From Nanobdellota archaeon (lineage in GTDB: Archaea > Nanobdellota > Nanobdellia > Pacearchaeales > GW2011-AR1), in the NCBI GenBank assembly GCA_018817405.1, contig JAHITZ010000046.1, forward strand, positions 1-63,653: DNA of 63,653 nucleotides, given 5' to 3'. The notes under the pieces were generated by a model. That model ran no database searches and was not told the origin of the DNA. It worked only from the letters and a program-made list of their open reading frames with translations. Position 1 is the first letter of the stretch, and every line of letters starts with the position of its first letter. Below are positions 53,994 through 62,510 of this stretch, in pieces. A program made the position numbers and the translations under genes.

Positions 53994-55592
53994 ATGCCCA
54001 AAAAAGAAAAACCCTTCTCAAAAAAAGAAACCCCTTCTCAAAAGAAAGAAATCCCCCACAAAGAAAACCACCCACCAATAAAAGACTCAGAAAAAGAATT
54101 CCTCGCATTCATTAAAGAAGCAGGCCTTGTTTGGGGCCCTTCCCCTGAAATCTACGGCGGCTTCGCCGGCTTCTATACCTATGGTCCTTTAGGCAAACTC
54201 CTAAAAAACAAAGTAGAAAACTCAATAAGACGCGTATTCAGTTCCCAAGGCATGCGGGAAATCGAAGGCCCAACAATCCTCCCTGACACAGTCTGGAAAG
54301 CCTCCGGCCACCTAGAAACATTCTCAGACAGAATAATCAAATGCTCCAAATGCAAAGCAGCCTTCCGTGCAGACAAACTAATCGAAGAAACCCGCGATGT
54401 CCCAGCAGACTCTTTCTCAGACAAAAAAATCCTAGAATTCATAGAAAAGAACAAAATAACCTGCCCCTCCTGCAAATGTGCCCTAGAAAAAAATATTGAG
54501 CAACAAAGCCTAATGATGAAAACTCAAGTTGCAGGCGAAGACGCTTCGTTAAGGCCAGAAACAGCCACAGGAACTTACCTCCCCTTTCCCCGCTTCTTAA
54601 CATACTTCCGTAAAAAACTACCCTTCGGAGTCTTCCAAATCGGCAAAGCCTACCGTAACGAAATCTCCCCACGCCAACACGTCCTCCGCGGAAGAGAATT
54701 CACCCAAGCAGAAGGCCAAATCTTCCTCGACCCAAAAACAAAAAACTCCTGGGAAAAATACGAAGCAATAAAAAAAGAGCTCCTGCCATTTTGGGATTAC
54801 AAAAGCCAAGAAAAGAACTCTGTGGTTAAACCAATCTCCCTAGAACAAGCTCTCAAAAAGAAATTTATAAACTCTCAAGCCTACGGTTGGTGCATCTACC
54901 TTGCTTACATTCAATTCGTAAACTTTGGAATCCCAAAAGAAAAAATAAAATTAAGACAACACCATCCAGATGAAAAAGCATTCTACGCAGAAGATGCCTG
55001 GGACATTGAAGTCCAATTAGACAACTACGGCTGGTTTGAAATGTGCGGAGTCCACGACCGAACCGACTACGACCTAAAACAACACTCCAAGTTCTCAGGA
55101 GAAAAACTAGAAGCACAACGCGAAAACGGAGAAAAATTCACACCCCATGTTTTAGAAATCGCCTTCGGCTCCGACCGCCCAACTTATGCCTTAATCGACC
55201 TATTCTATGAAAATAAAAACATCAAAGAAGGCAAAACAACATTCTCAATCCCATACCACATGGCACCAATAGATGTTTCTGTCTTCCCCTTGATGAAAAA
55301 ACCAGAACTAGTAAAATTCGCAACAGACATCAAGGAAGAACTCGAACGAGATTTCGTAGTCGACTACGACCAAACCGGCTCAATAGGAAGACGTTATCTC
55401 CGCTCCGCTACAGCAGGAACACCATTCGCAGTCACAGTTGACTATGAATCCTTAGAAAACAACGATGTCACAGTCCGCGACCGCGACACAGAAAAACAAA
55501 TCCGCGTCCCAATCGACAAATTAAGAGAGACCCTACACAACATCTTCAACGACCGCCTAAAGTTCGAAGACGCCGGCACGCCGGTGAAATAA
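53994..55592 (+). CDS. glyS: glycyl-tRNA synthetase (archaeal/eukaryotic class II type)
   Basis: YGPLGKLLKNKV, TVWKASGHLETFSD, LRPETATGTY, FQIGKAYRNEISPRQHVLRGREFTQAE motifs. 532 aa. Confidence 0.9.
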   Translation: MPKKEKPFSKKETPSQKKEIPHKENHPPIKDSEKEFLAFIKEAGLVWGPSPEIYGGFAGFYTYGPLGKLLKNKVENSIRRVFSSQGMREIEGPTILPDTVWKASGHLETFSDRIIKCSKCKAAFRADKLIEETRDVPADSFSDKKILEFIEKNKITCPSCKCALEKNIEQQSLMMKTQVAGEDASLRPETATGTYLPFPRFLTYFRKKLPFGVFQIGKAYRNEISPRQHVLRGREFTQAEGQIFLDPKTKNSWEKYEAIKKELLPFWDYKSQEKNSVVKPISLEQALKKKFINSQAYGWCIYLAYIQFVNFGIPKEKIKLRQHHPDEKAFYAEDAWDIEVQLDNYGWFEMCGVHDRTDYDLKQHSKFSGEKLEAQRENGEKFTPHVLEIAFGSDRPTYALIDLFYENKNIKEGKTTFSIPYHMAPIDVSVFPLMKKPELVKFATDIKEELERDFVVDYDQTGSIGRRYLRSATAGTPFAVTVDYESLENNDVTVRDRDTEKQIRVPIDKLRETLHNIFNDRLKFEDAGTPVK

Positions 55593-55706
55593 GATATATT
55601 TCCCAAAACAAGTTTCTTTATATATCCCAAAAAAGACAAACCCTCATGACACAGGGTGCATACAACGCAATAAAAAGTCAGATCCTCAGGAGATTCAACA
55701 GTTCGA

Positions 55707-56027
55707 ATGCTCGGAACAGCTGAATATGCTGCAGAGAGGGGTGTAGATGTCGCAAGAAAAATCTTGGAAAATGTTAGACAATCAATAAATACTAGAAAAG
55801 CGCAGATAGTTATAGAAGCCGGATTGGGATATAGACCAAATGAAGAAGAACTAAGAAGAGACTTCCCAACCATGATCAAAAACAAGCATTTGGACATCAT
55901 GGAGGAAGAAGGCCGATCAGCATACCGCTCTCCCAAATTAGGGATCTGGATAAGGGGTGAACCGGAAAGACGCGGCGATGATCTCTATTGCCATATTACT
56001 AAAGAAAAATTAGAGTTCACTCGGTAA
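55707..56027 (+). CDS. hypothetical protein
   Basis: 106-aa ORF. AGGAG box ~14 nt upstream. The start is uncertain. Confidence 0.35.
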   Translation: MLGTAEYAAERGVDVARKILENVRQSINTRKAQIVIEAGLGYRPNEEELRRDFPTMIKNKHLDIMEEEGRSAYRSPKLGIWIRGEPERRGDDLYCHITKEKLEFTR

Positions 56028-56066
56028 TGTTTTAAACCAATTCCTCCTTCTTAATTATGAATCAAA

Positions 56067-57068
56067 ATGAGAAAACGAATAGGCATCCCGCTAATAATCA
56101 TAATCCTGGCCTTACTATTCTACACCCTAAAAGACATAAATTTCCTCGAAGTTTATTCCCTACTAAAACAAATAAACCCCTTATACCTCATACTAGCAAT
56201 TCTCTCTTATCTCTGTTATTTCTTAATCTGGAATGCAAGATGGCAACACACTATGAAGGGCTTCGTAAACGCAAGATATTTTTCCTTGCTCAGGATCCTA
56301 TTCGCAGGCGTCTTTGTCAACACCATCACCCCAGGCACAGGAATCGGCGGCGAACCAGTCCGCGCTTACTACTTAAAGAAAAAATACAAGCACCCAAAAA
56401 CAAAATTCCTCGGTTACATCCTCGCAGACAAAACATTTAACGTAATCGCCTTCGCAATATTCATAGTCTTCTCCCTAATCTTCCTTTCTTTCTTCCTAAA
56501 AATTCCCTCAATAGCAAAAACTATCTCATTTACAATCCTCGCAGCCCTAGTTATCTTCACCATAATCCTCCTACTAGTCTGGAAAAACTCTCGCTACGAA
56601 ATGCGCTGGCTCGCTGAAAAATTCTACAAAATTAAATCGATAAGAAAACGTTTCAACAACCTCCCGCATTTAGAAAAATACCTCACAAGAAAGACACACA
56701 ACTTCACAATAGTCTTCAAAGAAGTAGTGACAGACAAACACAAGATATACTTTGGAATTATCCTTTCAATAATCTTAAGATTATTTGAATATCTTGCAGT
56801 CTATCTTATCTTCCTCTCACTGGGTGTAAACATGAACTTCATTTCAATAATAGTTGTTGTCACCCTCAGCCACCTATTAGGCGATCTCTCCCCCACCCCC
56901 GGCGGCATCGGCGTCGTCGAAGGCTCAATGATCTTACTATACTCTGCAATCGGCATCCCTCCTGCTCTTGCAGCAGTGGTAGCTTTATTAACCAGAGTCA
57001 TCTATTATTTCTATACCCTCTTGCTCGGAGGCCTGAGCTTACTATGGCTAAAGTTAGCATCAAAATAG
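56067..57068 (+). CDS. UPF0104 / lysylphosphatidylglycerol-synthase-TM-like (flippase-like) membrane protein
   Basis: About 8 TM helices. The N-terminal MRKRIGIPLIIIILALLFY...W and the G-rich PGGIGVVEG segment are typical of the family. Confidence 0.6.
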   Translation: MRKRIGIPLIIIILALLFYTLKDINFLEVYSLLKQINPLYLILAILSYLCYFLIWNARWQHTMKGFVNARYFSLLRILFAGVFVNTITPGTGIGGEPVRAYYLKKKYKHPKTKFLGYILADKTFNVIAFAIFIVFSLIFLSFFLKIPSIAKTISFTILAALVIFTIILLLVWKNSRYEMRWLAEKFYKIKSIRKRFNNLPHLEKYLTRKTHNFTIVFKEVVTDKHKIYFGIILSIILRLFEYLAVYLIFLSLGVNMNFISIIVVVTLSHLLGDLSPTPGGIGVVEGSMILLYSAIGIPPALAAVVALLTRVIYYFYTLLLGGLSLLWLKLASK

Positions 57069-57073
57069 CAAAC

Positions 57074-58078
57074 TTAGCTTGCCAGTAAAGCCTCAATTCT
57101 AGCTTCTCTTAAATTCCCTCTTGCCCTCTCTGGATAGTCCGTATGAAACATTTCAAGACAACCACTCACATAACCATCGTGGCTTATCCTTACAGCTCTT
57201 GAAAATGTCTCTGGAACAGGAATGTAATTAACAAAAACCTTAGAGCTACCTTCCTGCGTATATTCATTAAAGACAACCCCATACTCATCCATCCTAAGAT
57301 TTCTCACATCTATAACGCCCCTCTCAACTAACTTATCCATTAACCCCTTCTGAGCGTCATAATCCGATTTCAAAATAACTTCAGTCCTTCCCAACCGCGA
57401 GAAATCAATCCCTTCTCCACTAACAATCCCACTATAAAATTCAACCACTCCCTCCTCCGCCAATCCAAGCTCATCCCGAGACCCTGGCGTTGCAACATAG
57501 GGCGAAACAAGAAACTTGGAAAAACCTAAAGAACCCATCTCTTCAACCAGGTCCGCAAGCGCCCCTTGGTTATGTCTCATCAATGTAAAACTCACAAAAA
57601 CTCTTTCTACTAAACTTGAAGGCAACCCTCTAAGATTCTCTACAGTTCTCTCATAATTCCCCTCCCCCCTAATATAATCATGCTCTCTTTGAGTTCCATC
57701 TAAACTAACATCCAAATAACCAGGATCTATCGCAGCAATCTCTTCCAAAACCCTTCCATGCAAAAGAGTTCCATTCGTCACTAACCCAAACCTTAATCTT
57801 GGATTTTCATCTCTCCTACTAGCTAAATGTCTCAAAAGAGCTACTGTCTTATCCGGAGAAAGCAATGGCTCCTTTCCAACATTCCCAAAAGTCAAAGCAC
57901 TCATCTCGATAAGCTTATCAAACGTTTCAGTCCATTCCCTAATAGGCAATCCCCCGTCAGTCTGCTCATACCCAACATAACAGTGCCTGCATGCCAAATT
58001 ACATACATTATTAATAAAATAAGAAACCTCTAATGGCCTATTAACTAAATCAACCTGTCCAGAAAGTCCTAACGCCAT
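57074..58078 (-). CDS. radical SAM enzyme (maturase-like core, no SPASM/twitch Cys cluster)
   Basis: CNLACRHCY (CxxxCxxC), GKEPLL, LVTNGTLL, DVSLDG, HDYIRGEGNYERTVENL. Only one further Cys in the C-terminal 300 aa. Begins MALGLSG like the two upstream peptides. Confidence 0.85.
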   Translation of the reverse strand: MALGLSGQVDLVNRPLEVSYFINNVCNLACRHCYVGYEQTDGGLPIREWTETFDKLIEMSALTFGNVGKEPLLSPDKTVALLRHLASRRDENPRLRFGLVTNGTLLHGRVLEEIAAIDPGYLDVSLDGTQREHDYIRGEGNYERTVENLRGLPSSLVERVFVSFTLMRHNQGALADLVEEMGSLGFSKFLVSPYVATPGSRDELGLAEEGVVEFYSGIVSGEGIDFSRLGRTEVILKSDYDAQKGLMDKLVERGVIDVRNLRMDEYGVVFNEYTQEGSSKVFVNYIPVPETFSRAVRISHDGYVSGCLEMFHTDYPERARGNLREARIEALLAS

Positions 58079-58079
58079 G

Positions 58080-58292
58080 CTAGTCGCCTCTTTGCTCAGA
58101 AACTATCTTTTCTCTCAAATCTCTCAGCCCGCTCAGTGCAGTTTCATAAAGCACTCTTGCAGTTTCCTGATCTCTTGGGATTCCATCCAATAAATGCTCA
58201 TATTTTCGAATACCTGCGTCTACATCTGCAACTACAACTCTCCTGTAAACCTCTCCAATTCCACCATTCGAACCAGAGACCCCAAGTGCCAT
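58080..58292 (-). CDS. 70-aa peptide B with N-terminal MALGVSGSNGGIGEVYR motif
   Basis: Paralog of peptide A. Its stop lies 1 nt before the rSAM ATG, and its ATG directly follows the peptide A stop. Confidence 0.6.
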   Translation of the reverse strand: MALGVSGSNGGIGEVYRRVVVADVDAGIRKYEHLLDGIPRDQETARVLYETALSGLRDLREKIVSEQRGD

Positions 58293-58493
58293 TTAATTAA
58301 CACCTCTACTCATTCTTTTCTGCAAATTCCTCAAAGAATCAATAACCCCTACATATCTCTCCTTAACCTTCACATCAGAACATTGACCCTGAAGTTCTTT
58401 ATATTCCCTAATTCTCTCTTCTACCTCCGTAATAGAGAATTCTCTATAAGCTTCTCCAATTCCACCATTCGATCCAAAAAATCCTAACGCCAT
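58293..58493 (-). CDS. 66-aa peptide A with N-terminal MALGFFGSNGGIGEAYR motif
   Basis: First gene of the cassette. A TATA-like box and a palindrome lie directly upstream. 14/17 N-terminal residues are identical to peptide B. Confidence 0.6.
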   Translation of the reverse strand: MALGFFGSNGGIGEAYREFSITEVEERIREYKELQGQCSDVKVKERYVGVIDSLRNLQKRMSRGVN

Positions 58494-58508
58494 ATCTTAC
58501 TGTAAGAT
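58494..58508. promoter_or_regulatory. perfect palindrome ATCTTAC-T-GTAAGAT abutting the peptide A start codon
   Basis: 7-bp arms, located between the TATA-like box (~58511-58525) and the ATG at 58493, an operator-like position. Confidence 0.45.
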
Positions 58509-58535
58509 TAAAAATATTTAGAAGTATTTACCATA

Positions 58536-58555
58536 TTTTACTAATAAAAGTAAAA
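58536..58555. promoter_or_regulatory. palindrome TTTTACT-N6-AGTAAAA in the divergent promoter region
   Basis: 7-bp arms in the 123-nt region between peptide A and the Lrp-type gene. Confidence 0.35.
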
Positions 58556-58616
58556 ATAAGCAACAATAAATACCTAAATTAGTAAGTTTTAAAAATATCA
58601 CTCCCCTTAAAAAAAT

Positions 58617-59567
58617 ATGGAAATCAAACTAGACAAGATAGACCAGAAACTATTAAGCTATCTCTTTCACAACTTCAGAGAACCAATAACAAAAATAGCC
58701 AAACAATGTCATATCTCAAGGGAGCAGGCAGAATACAGAATAAAAAAATATGAAAACTCTGGATTAATCAAGGGTTACTTTACACTTTTTAATTTACATT
58801 CCCTTGGTTACACTAAAAATTACATAATAAAATTAAGGGTGAAAAATCCCAACAGAGAAAAACTCTCACAAATCAATCCTCAAAAAAACGTGTTAACCCT
58901 AACAAGAGTTCAATGTTACGGCGAATGGGACTACGGTTTAACAGTCTTCACAAAAGAAAAAACAAACATTCTTGATTTTATCTCCCAACTTTACGATCTA
59001 TGAAAAAACGACCTCTTAGATTACGAAATCTTCGAGCCAATAGAATTACATTTCTTCCCGTTAAAAATCTTTGGAAGTAAAAAGGAAGATAAAACATTAA
59101 GCTTGGTTGAAACACCACAAGCCAGAATTGACAAACTAGACCAAAAGATACTAGAAGAACTCTCTAATAAAGCAAAAATGAAAATAGTAAAACTTGCAGA
59201 AAAAACCAAAGAAAAAGTAGAGACCGCAAACTATAGGCTAAAAAGATTAGAAAAAAACACTATCATAGGATACAGGATATTTCTCGATTTAGAAAAAATA
59301 GGATATCATCTTGCATTAGTCACCTTAAAGCTAAATAACCTTTCCCAACAAAACAAAAATAAGATCCTAGCGTATGGAAACCAAAAAGAAAGAATCCATG
59401 CTTGCGGCATTGGGATCGGAAAGTTCAACGTTCTTTTTCAAATAATCTACAAAACACCTTCAGAACTAAGTGAAGAAATAAACAAAATTAAAGAAAATTT
59501 CTCAGACAATCTTGTCGAGTATGAGTTAATACACATAGAAAACGAACTCGAACCTAAAACAATATAA
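58617..59567 (+). pseudogene. tandem Lrp/AsnC-type regulator interrupted by a single in-frame TGA
   Basis: Track ORFs 58617-59003 and 59103-59567 are in the same frame. The only stop between them is TGA at 59001-59003. Each half carries an HTH (KIDQKLLSYL..., RIDKLDQKILEELSNKAKMKIVKLAE...). Paralog of 30754-31797. Confidence 0.6.
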
Positions 59568-59589
59568 ATCACATTTTATTCTTCTATAT

Positions 59590-60243
59590 ATGAAAATAGC
59601 AGCACTAATCTGCGCATACAACGAAGAAAAACACATCCGCAAAGTTGTAAATCAATGCTTAAAACAAATCAAAGATGTAATTGTAGTAAACGACGGCTCC
59701 AAAGACAACACCTTGAAAGAATTAAAAAAAACAAAAGCAACAATAATAACTTACAAAAAAAACCAAGGCAAGGGTGCTGCTTTGAGAAAAGGCTTTGCAT
59801 ACGCAACAAAAAAGAAATTTGATTATCTAATACTCTTAGACGCAGACGGCCAGCACGATCCAAAAGAAATTCCCAAGTTCATCAAAACAATAGAAAAGTC
59901 CCAGCCAGATCTAATCATCGGCTGCAGAAAAAAGCGCCACTCAAACATGCCCTACATCCGCCGTGCAACAAACTTCTTAACCTCTCTAATAATCAGCGTA
60001 AAAGGAGGCACATACGTCAAAGACTCCCAATCAGGCTACCGCGCAATAAAACTATCTTTCCTAAAAAAGCTAACTCTAAAAAGAAAAAGATACGACCTTG
60101 AAAGCGAAATGCTACTCAAAATGATGAAAAAACAAGCAAAAATAAAGTGCATCTCAATAAGAACAATTTACAAGGACGAAACCTCAACAATCCACCCAAT
60201 TAAAGACACAGCTCGATTCATCAGAGCACTAAAGATAAAATGA
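59590..60243 (+). CDS. glycosyltransferase family 2 (dolichyl-phosphate glycosyltransferase-like)
   Basis: ALICAYNEEKHI, VVNDGSKDNT, LLDADGQHDP. 217 aa, soluble DPM1/GtrB-like size. Confidence 0.8.
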   Translation: MKIAALICAYNEEKHIRKVVNQCLKQIKDVIVVNDGSKDNTLKELKKTKATIITYKKNQGKGAALRKGFAYATKKKFDYLILLDADGQHDPKEIPKFIKTIEKSQPDLIIGCRKKRHSNMPYIRRATNFLTSLIISVKGGTYVKDSQSGYRAIKLSFLKKLTLKRKRYDLESEMLLKMMKKQAKIKCISIRTIYKDETSTIHPIKDTARFIRALKIK

Positions 60244-60875
60244 CCTTCACATTCAAAAACGAACTCGCAAGAAAATTCGTCCACTTCCTCTCCCTATTCA
60301 TAATCCTCGTTTACTTCCTCGCCTCCGACTTCTTCAGCGAGAAAATCGCGCTAATCATTTTAGTATTAATTCTAATAATCCTCTTAGAATTTGAATACCT
60401 CAGAATAGAACTCGGAAACAAAATCCCAATCCTAAGCAAAATCTGGTCTTACATGCGAAGAAAAAAAGAAAAAGACAAACTCGGCGGCGATATCTTCTTT
60501 GTAATCGGCGCAATATTAGTCCTCGCAGTCTTCGACCTAAGAATTGCAATAGCAGCAATCTTAATGACCACTCTCGGCGACCTTTCAGCAGCCCTCATCG
60601 GAAAAAAATTCGGCAAACATCCCTTGTTAAAAACAAAATCCTGGGAAGGCACAATCGCAGAATTCATTGTCAACATAATAATCGGCATCTCAGTTTTCAT
60701 AATCTACACAGGCACGTCATTCGCCAACTGGCAAGCCTGGACAATCATCTTAGTCATGGCCCTCACCGCAACTTTCGTAGAAACCGTAGTAAACAAACTA
60801 GATGACAACCTCTTAATCCCAGTCTTCGCTGGCTTCAACGGCCAGATCGCTTTTCTGATTTTGAGTTATATTTAA
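60240..60875 (+). CDS. CTP-transferase-1 family membrane protein (dolichol/polyprenol kinase-like)
   Basis: Polytopic. RKFVHFLS near the N-terminus, GDLSAALIGKKFGKH and KSWEGTIAEF motifs. ATGA overlap with the GT2 gene. Confidence 0.6.
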   Translation: MTFTFKNELARKFVHFLSLFIILVYFLASDFFSEKIALIILVLILIILLEFEYLRIELGNKIPILSKIWSYMRRKKEKDKLGGDIFFVIGAILVLAVFDLRIAIAAILMTTLGDLSAALIGKKFGKHPLLKTKSWEGTIAEFIVNIIIGISVFIIYTGTSFANWQAWTIILVMALTATFVETVVNKLDDNLLIPVFAGFNGQIAFLILSYI

Positions 60876-61023
60876 CAACAAACCAAAAGAACATAATCAA
60901 CTGCAAAGTAACTCACAACACCCCACCTCCGGTCGAGATTTATTTGATATTTATGGGTGGCGGGGGAGTGATATAATATTTATCTTCCAAAACTATTAAA
61001 TACCTCCCATCATTTCAAAAAAC

Positions 61024-61251
61024 ATGGCAGCAGAAACATTCCTCATCTTCTGGATAATTTTCCTAATCTTCATCATCTTTGCAATAGCAGTCCTTACAAT
61101 GATTTTCTGGATCTGGATGATTGTAGACTGCGCTCAGAGAAACTTCAAAAACGAAAACGACAAAATCCTCTGGATACTAGTCATAGTCCTCGCAGGCATC
61201 ATCGGTGCAATAATCTATTACTTCGTAGTCAAACACAAAGATAAGAAATAA
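61024..61251 (+). CDS. PLDc_N-domain small membrane protein
   Basis: Two TM helices with the W.WMIVDC...K..WILVIVLAGIIGAIIYYFV pattern. Confidence 0.6.
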   Translation: MAAETFLIFWIIFLIFIIFAIAVLTMIFWIWMIVDCAQRNFKNENDKILWILVIVLAGIIGAIIYYFVVKHKDKK

Positions 61252-61374
61252 GGAATTAACCTTATTAACTCTCCCCTCTTCTAATCAACATACCAAGCGA
61301 AGCAGCACTTATCATTGCAGTTTTATTTGTCTTAGCGTACATACGCACTCATCCTAGCAGTCTTCTGGCTCCGG

Positions 61375-61527
61375 ATGCTAATCAACGCAATAAGAAGAAA
61401 ATTCAAAAGCTCTGGCGAAAAAGCAATCTGGATTTTAATCATAATTTTTGGAACTGTCGCCGGCGCAATAATCTACTTCATCGTAATCAAACACTTCAAT
61501 CCTAAAAGCCTTCCTAAAAAGAAATAA
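61375..61527 (+). CDS. truncated PLDc_N paralog (possible gene remnant)
   Basis: MLINAIRRKFKSSGEKAIWILIIIFGTVAGAIIYFIVIKH matches the second half of 61024-61251. The first helix lies upstream in another frame, without an ATG and behind an in-frame TAG. Confidence 0.35.
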   Translation: MLINAIRRKFKSSGEKAIWILIIIFGTVAGAIIYFIVIKHFNPKSLPKKK

Positions 61528-61555
61528 TTAAATAACTTCCCTTCTTTCAACAAAC

Positions 61556-62311
61556 ATGCACCAAGTTTGGTTTTATTCGTTGATAAGCGTTATCATAATT
61601 AGTCTAATATCCCTAATAGGGATCATAACCCTAAGTATTAAAATAAGCAAGCTCAGAAAATTCCTAATTTACTTGATTAGCTTCGCCGCAGGCACATTGT
61701 TTGGAGACGCTTTCATCCACCTCCTACCAGAAACAGTTGAATCTTACGGCTTTGGCTTAAACATCTCTCTCTACATCCTGCTTGGAATCGTACTCTTCTT
61801 CATCTTAGAAAAAGTAATTCACTGGCATCATTGCCATGGCGAGGTTCTTGAAAAAAACCACATCCATCCTTTTGCATACATGAACTTAGTTGGTGACGCC
61901 TTCCACAATTTCCTGGATGGAATAATCATCGCAGCCTCCTACATGATTTCCTTACCAGCAGGAATTGCAACAACCCTTGCTGTAGCGTTGCACGAAATCC
62001 CTCAAGAAATCGGCGACTTCGGCGTTCTAATCCATGGAGGTTTCTCCAAAGCAAAAGCCCTTGCAGTAAACTTCCTCTCAGCCCTATTCGCAATCCTTGG
62101 AGCTGTCCTAACATTATGGATAGGAAACAGCATAGAAGGCATAGAACTAATCCTAGTCCCAATTGCAATAGGCGGTTTTCTCTACATTGCAGGCTCAGAC
62201 CTCATACCCCAACTTCACAAATACTCTGAAAAACTCAGCAAATCAATATTACAAATAATAGCATTTATCCTAGGCATTGCTGTAATGGCTGCTCTTTTGT
62301 TGTTGGAATAA
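61556..62311 (+). CDS. ZIP-family metal transporter (ZupT-like)
   Basis: HEIPQEIGDFGVLIHGG motif and HWHHCHG His-rich loop. About 8 TM helices. Confidence 0.85.
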   Translation: MHQVWFYSLISVIIISLISLIGIITLSIKISKLRKFLIYLISFAAGTLFGDAFIHLLPETVESYGFGLNISLYILLGIVLFFILEKVIHWHHCHGEVLEKNHIHPFAYMNLVGDAFHNFLDGIIIAASYMISLPAGIATTLAVALHEIPQEIGDFGVLIHGGFSKAKALAVNFLSALFAILGAVLTLWIGNSIEGIELILVPIAIGGFLYIAGSDLIPQLHKYSEKLSKSILQIIAFILGIAVMAALLLLE

Positions 62312-62365
62312 CTTAACCAGCCGCAAAAGGAAGTTAGTAAGGCAACCGATAAGGTTTCTTACAAG

Positions 62366-62437
62366 TGGACCTGCCGGGAATCGAACCCGGATCACACGAA
62401 TGCCATTCGCGTATACTAACCGTTATACTACAGGCCC
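62366..62437 (-). tRNA. tRNA-Ala: tRNA-Ala (GGC)
   Basis: Manual fold: acceptor GGGCCTG/CAGGTCC with the G3:U70 Ala identity pair, anticodon stem CGCGA/TCGTG with loop ATGGCAT, T arm CCGGG-TTCGATT-CCCGG, discriminator A. Confidence 0.9.
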
Positions 62438-62481
62438 CAACCTACACTGAAATCTTAAATTATAAATCTTCCCACGCAAAT

Positions 62482-62489
62482 CTTATAAA
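62482..62489 (+). promoter_or_regulatory. TATA box
   Basis: CTTATAAA centred ~25 nt upstream of ATG 62511. Confidence 0.45.
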
Positions 62490-62510
62490 CCCTCCTTCAT
62501 TTTTCTACAC

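Noticed and set aside
55646-55723. 25-aa ORF MTQGAYNAIKSQILRRFNSSNARNS positioned ~26 nt after a TATA-like box, upstream of ORF 55707
   Set aside because: The promoter spacing is suggestive of a leaderless start, but there is no conservation or motif evidence. It could equally be a 5' leader, or another frameshift relative to 55707. It is not called as a feature.
55442-55936. 164-aa minus-strand ORF overlapping the 3' end of glyS
   Set aside because: It overlaps glyS and the 55707 ORF on the opposite strand, is Ser/Leu/Cys-rich low complexity, and has no start context.
56057-56440. 127-aa + strand ORF (MNQNEKTNRHPANNHNPG...)
   Set aside because: It overlaps the UPF0104 membrane-protein gene in another frame. 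Its proline/arginine/histidine-rich translation is typical of an off-frame reading of a C-rich coding strand.
30877-59003. Genome-wide stop-codon reassignment or selenocysteine to explain the in-frame TAA and TGA
   Set aside because: All long conserved genes end at ordinary TAA/TGA/TAG codons at the expected lengths and contain no internal stops. The two interrupting codons differ, and Lrp-type regulators are not known selenoproteins.
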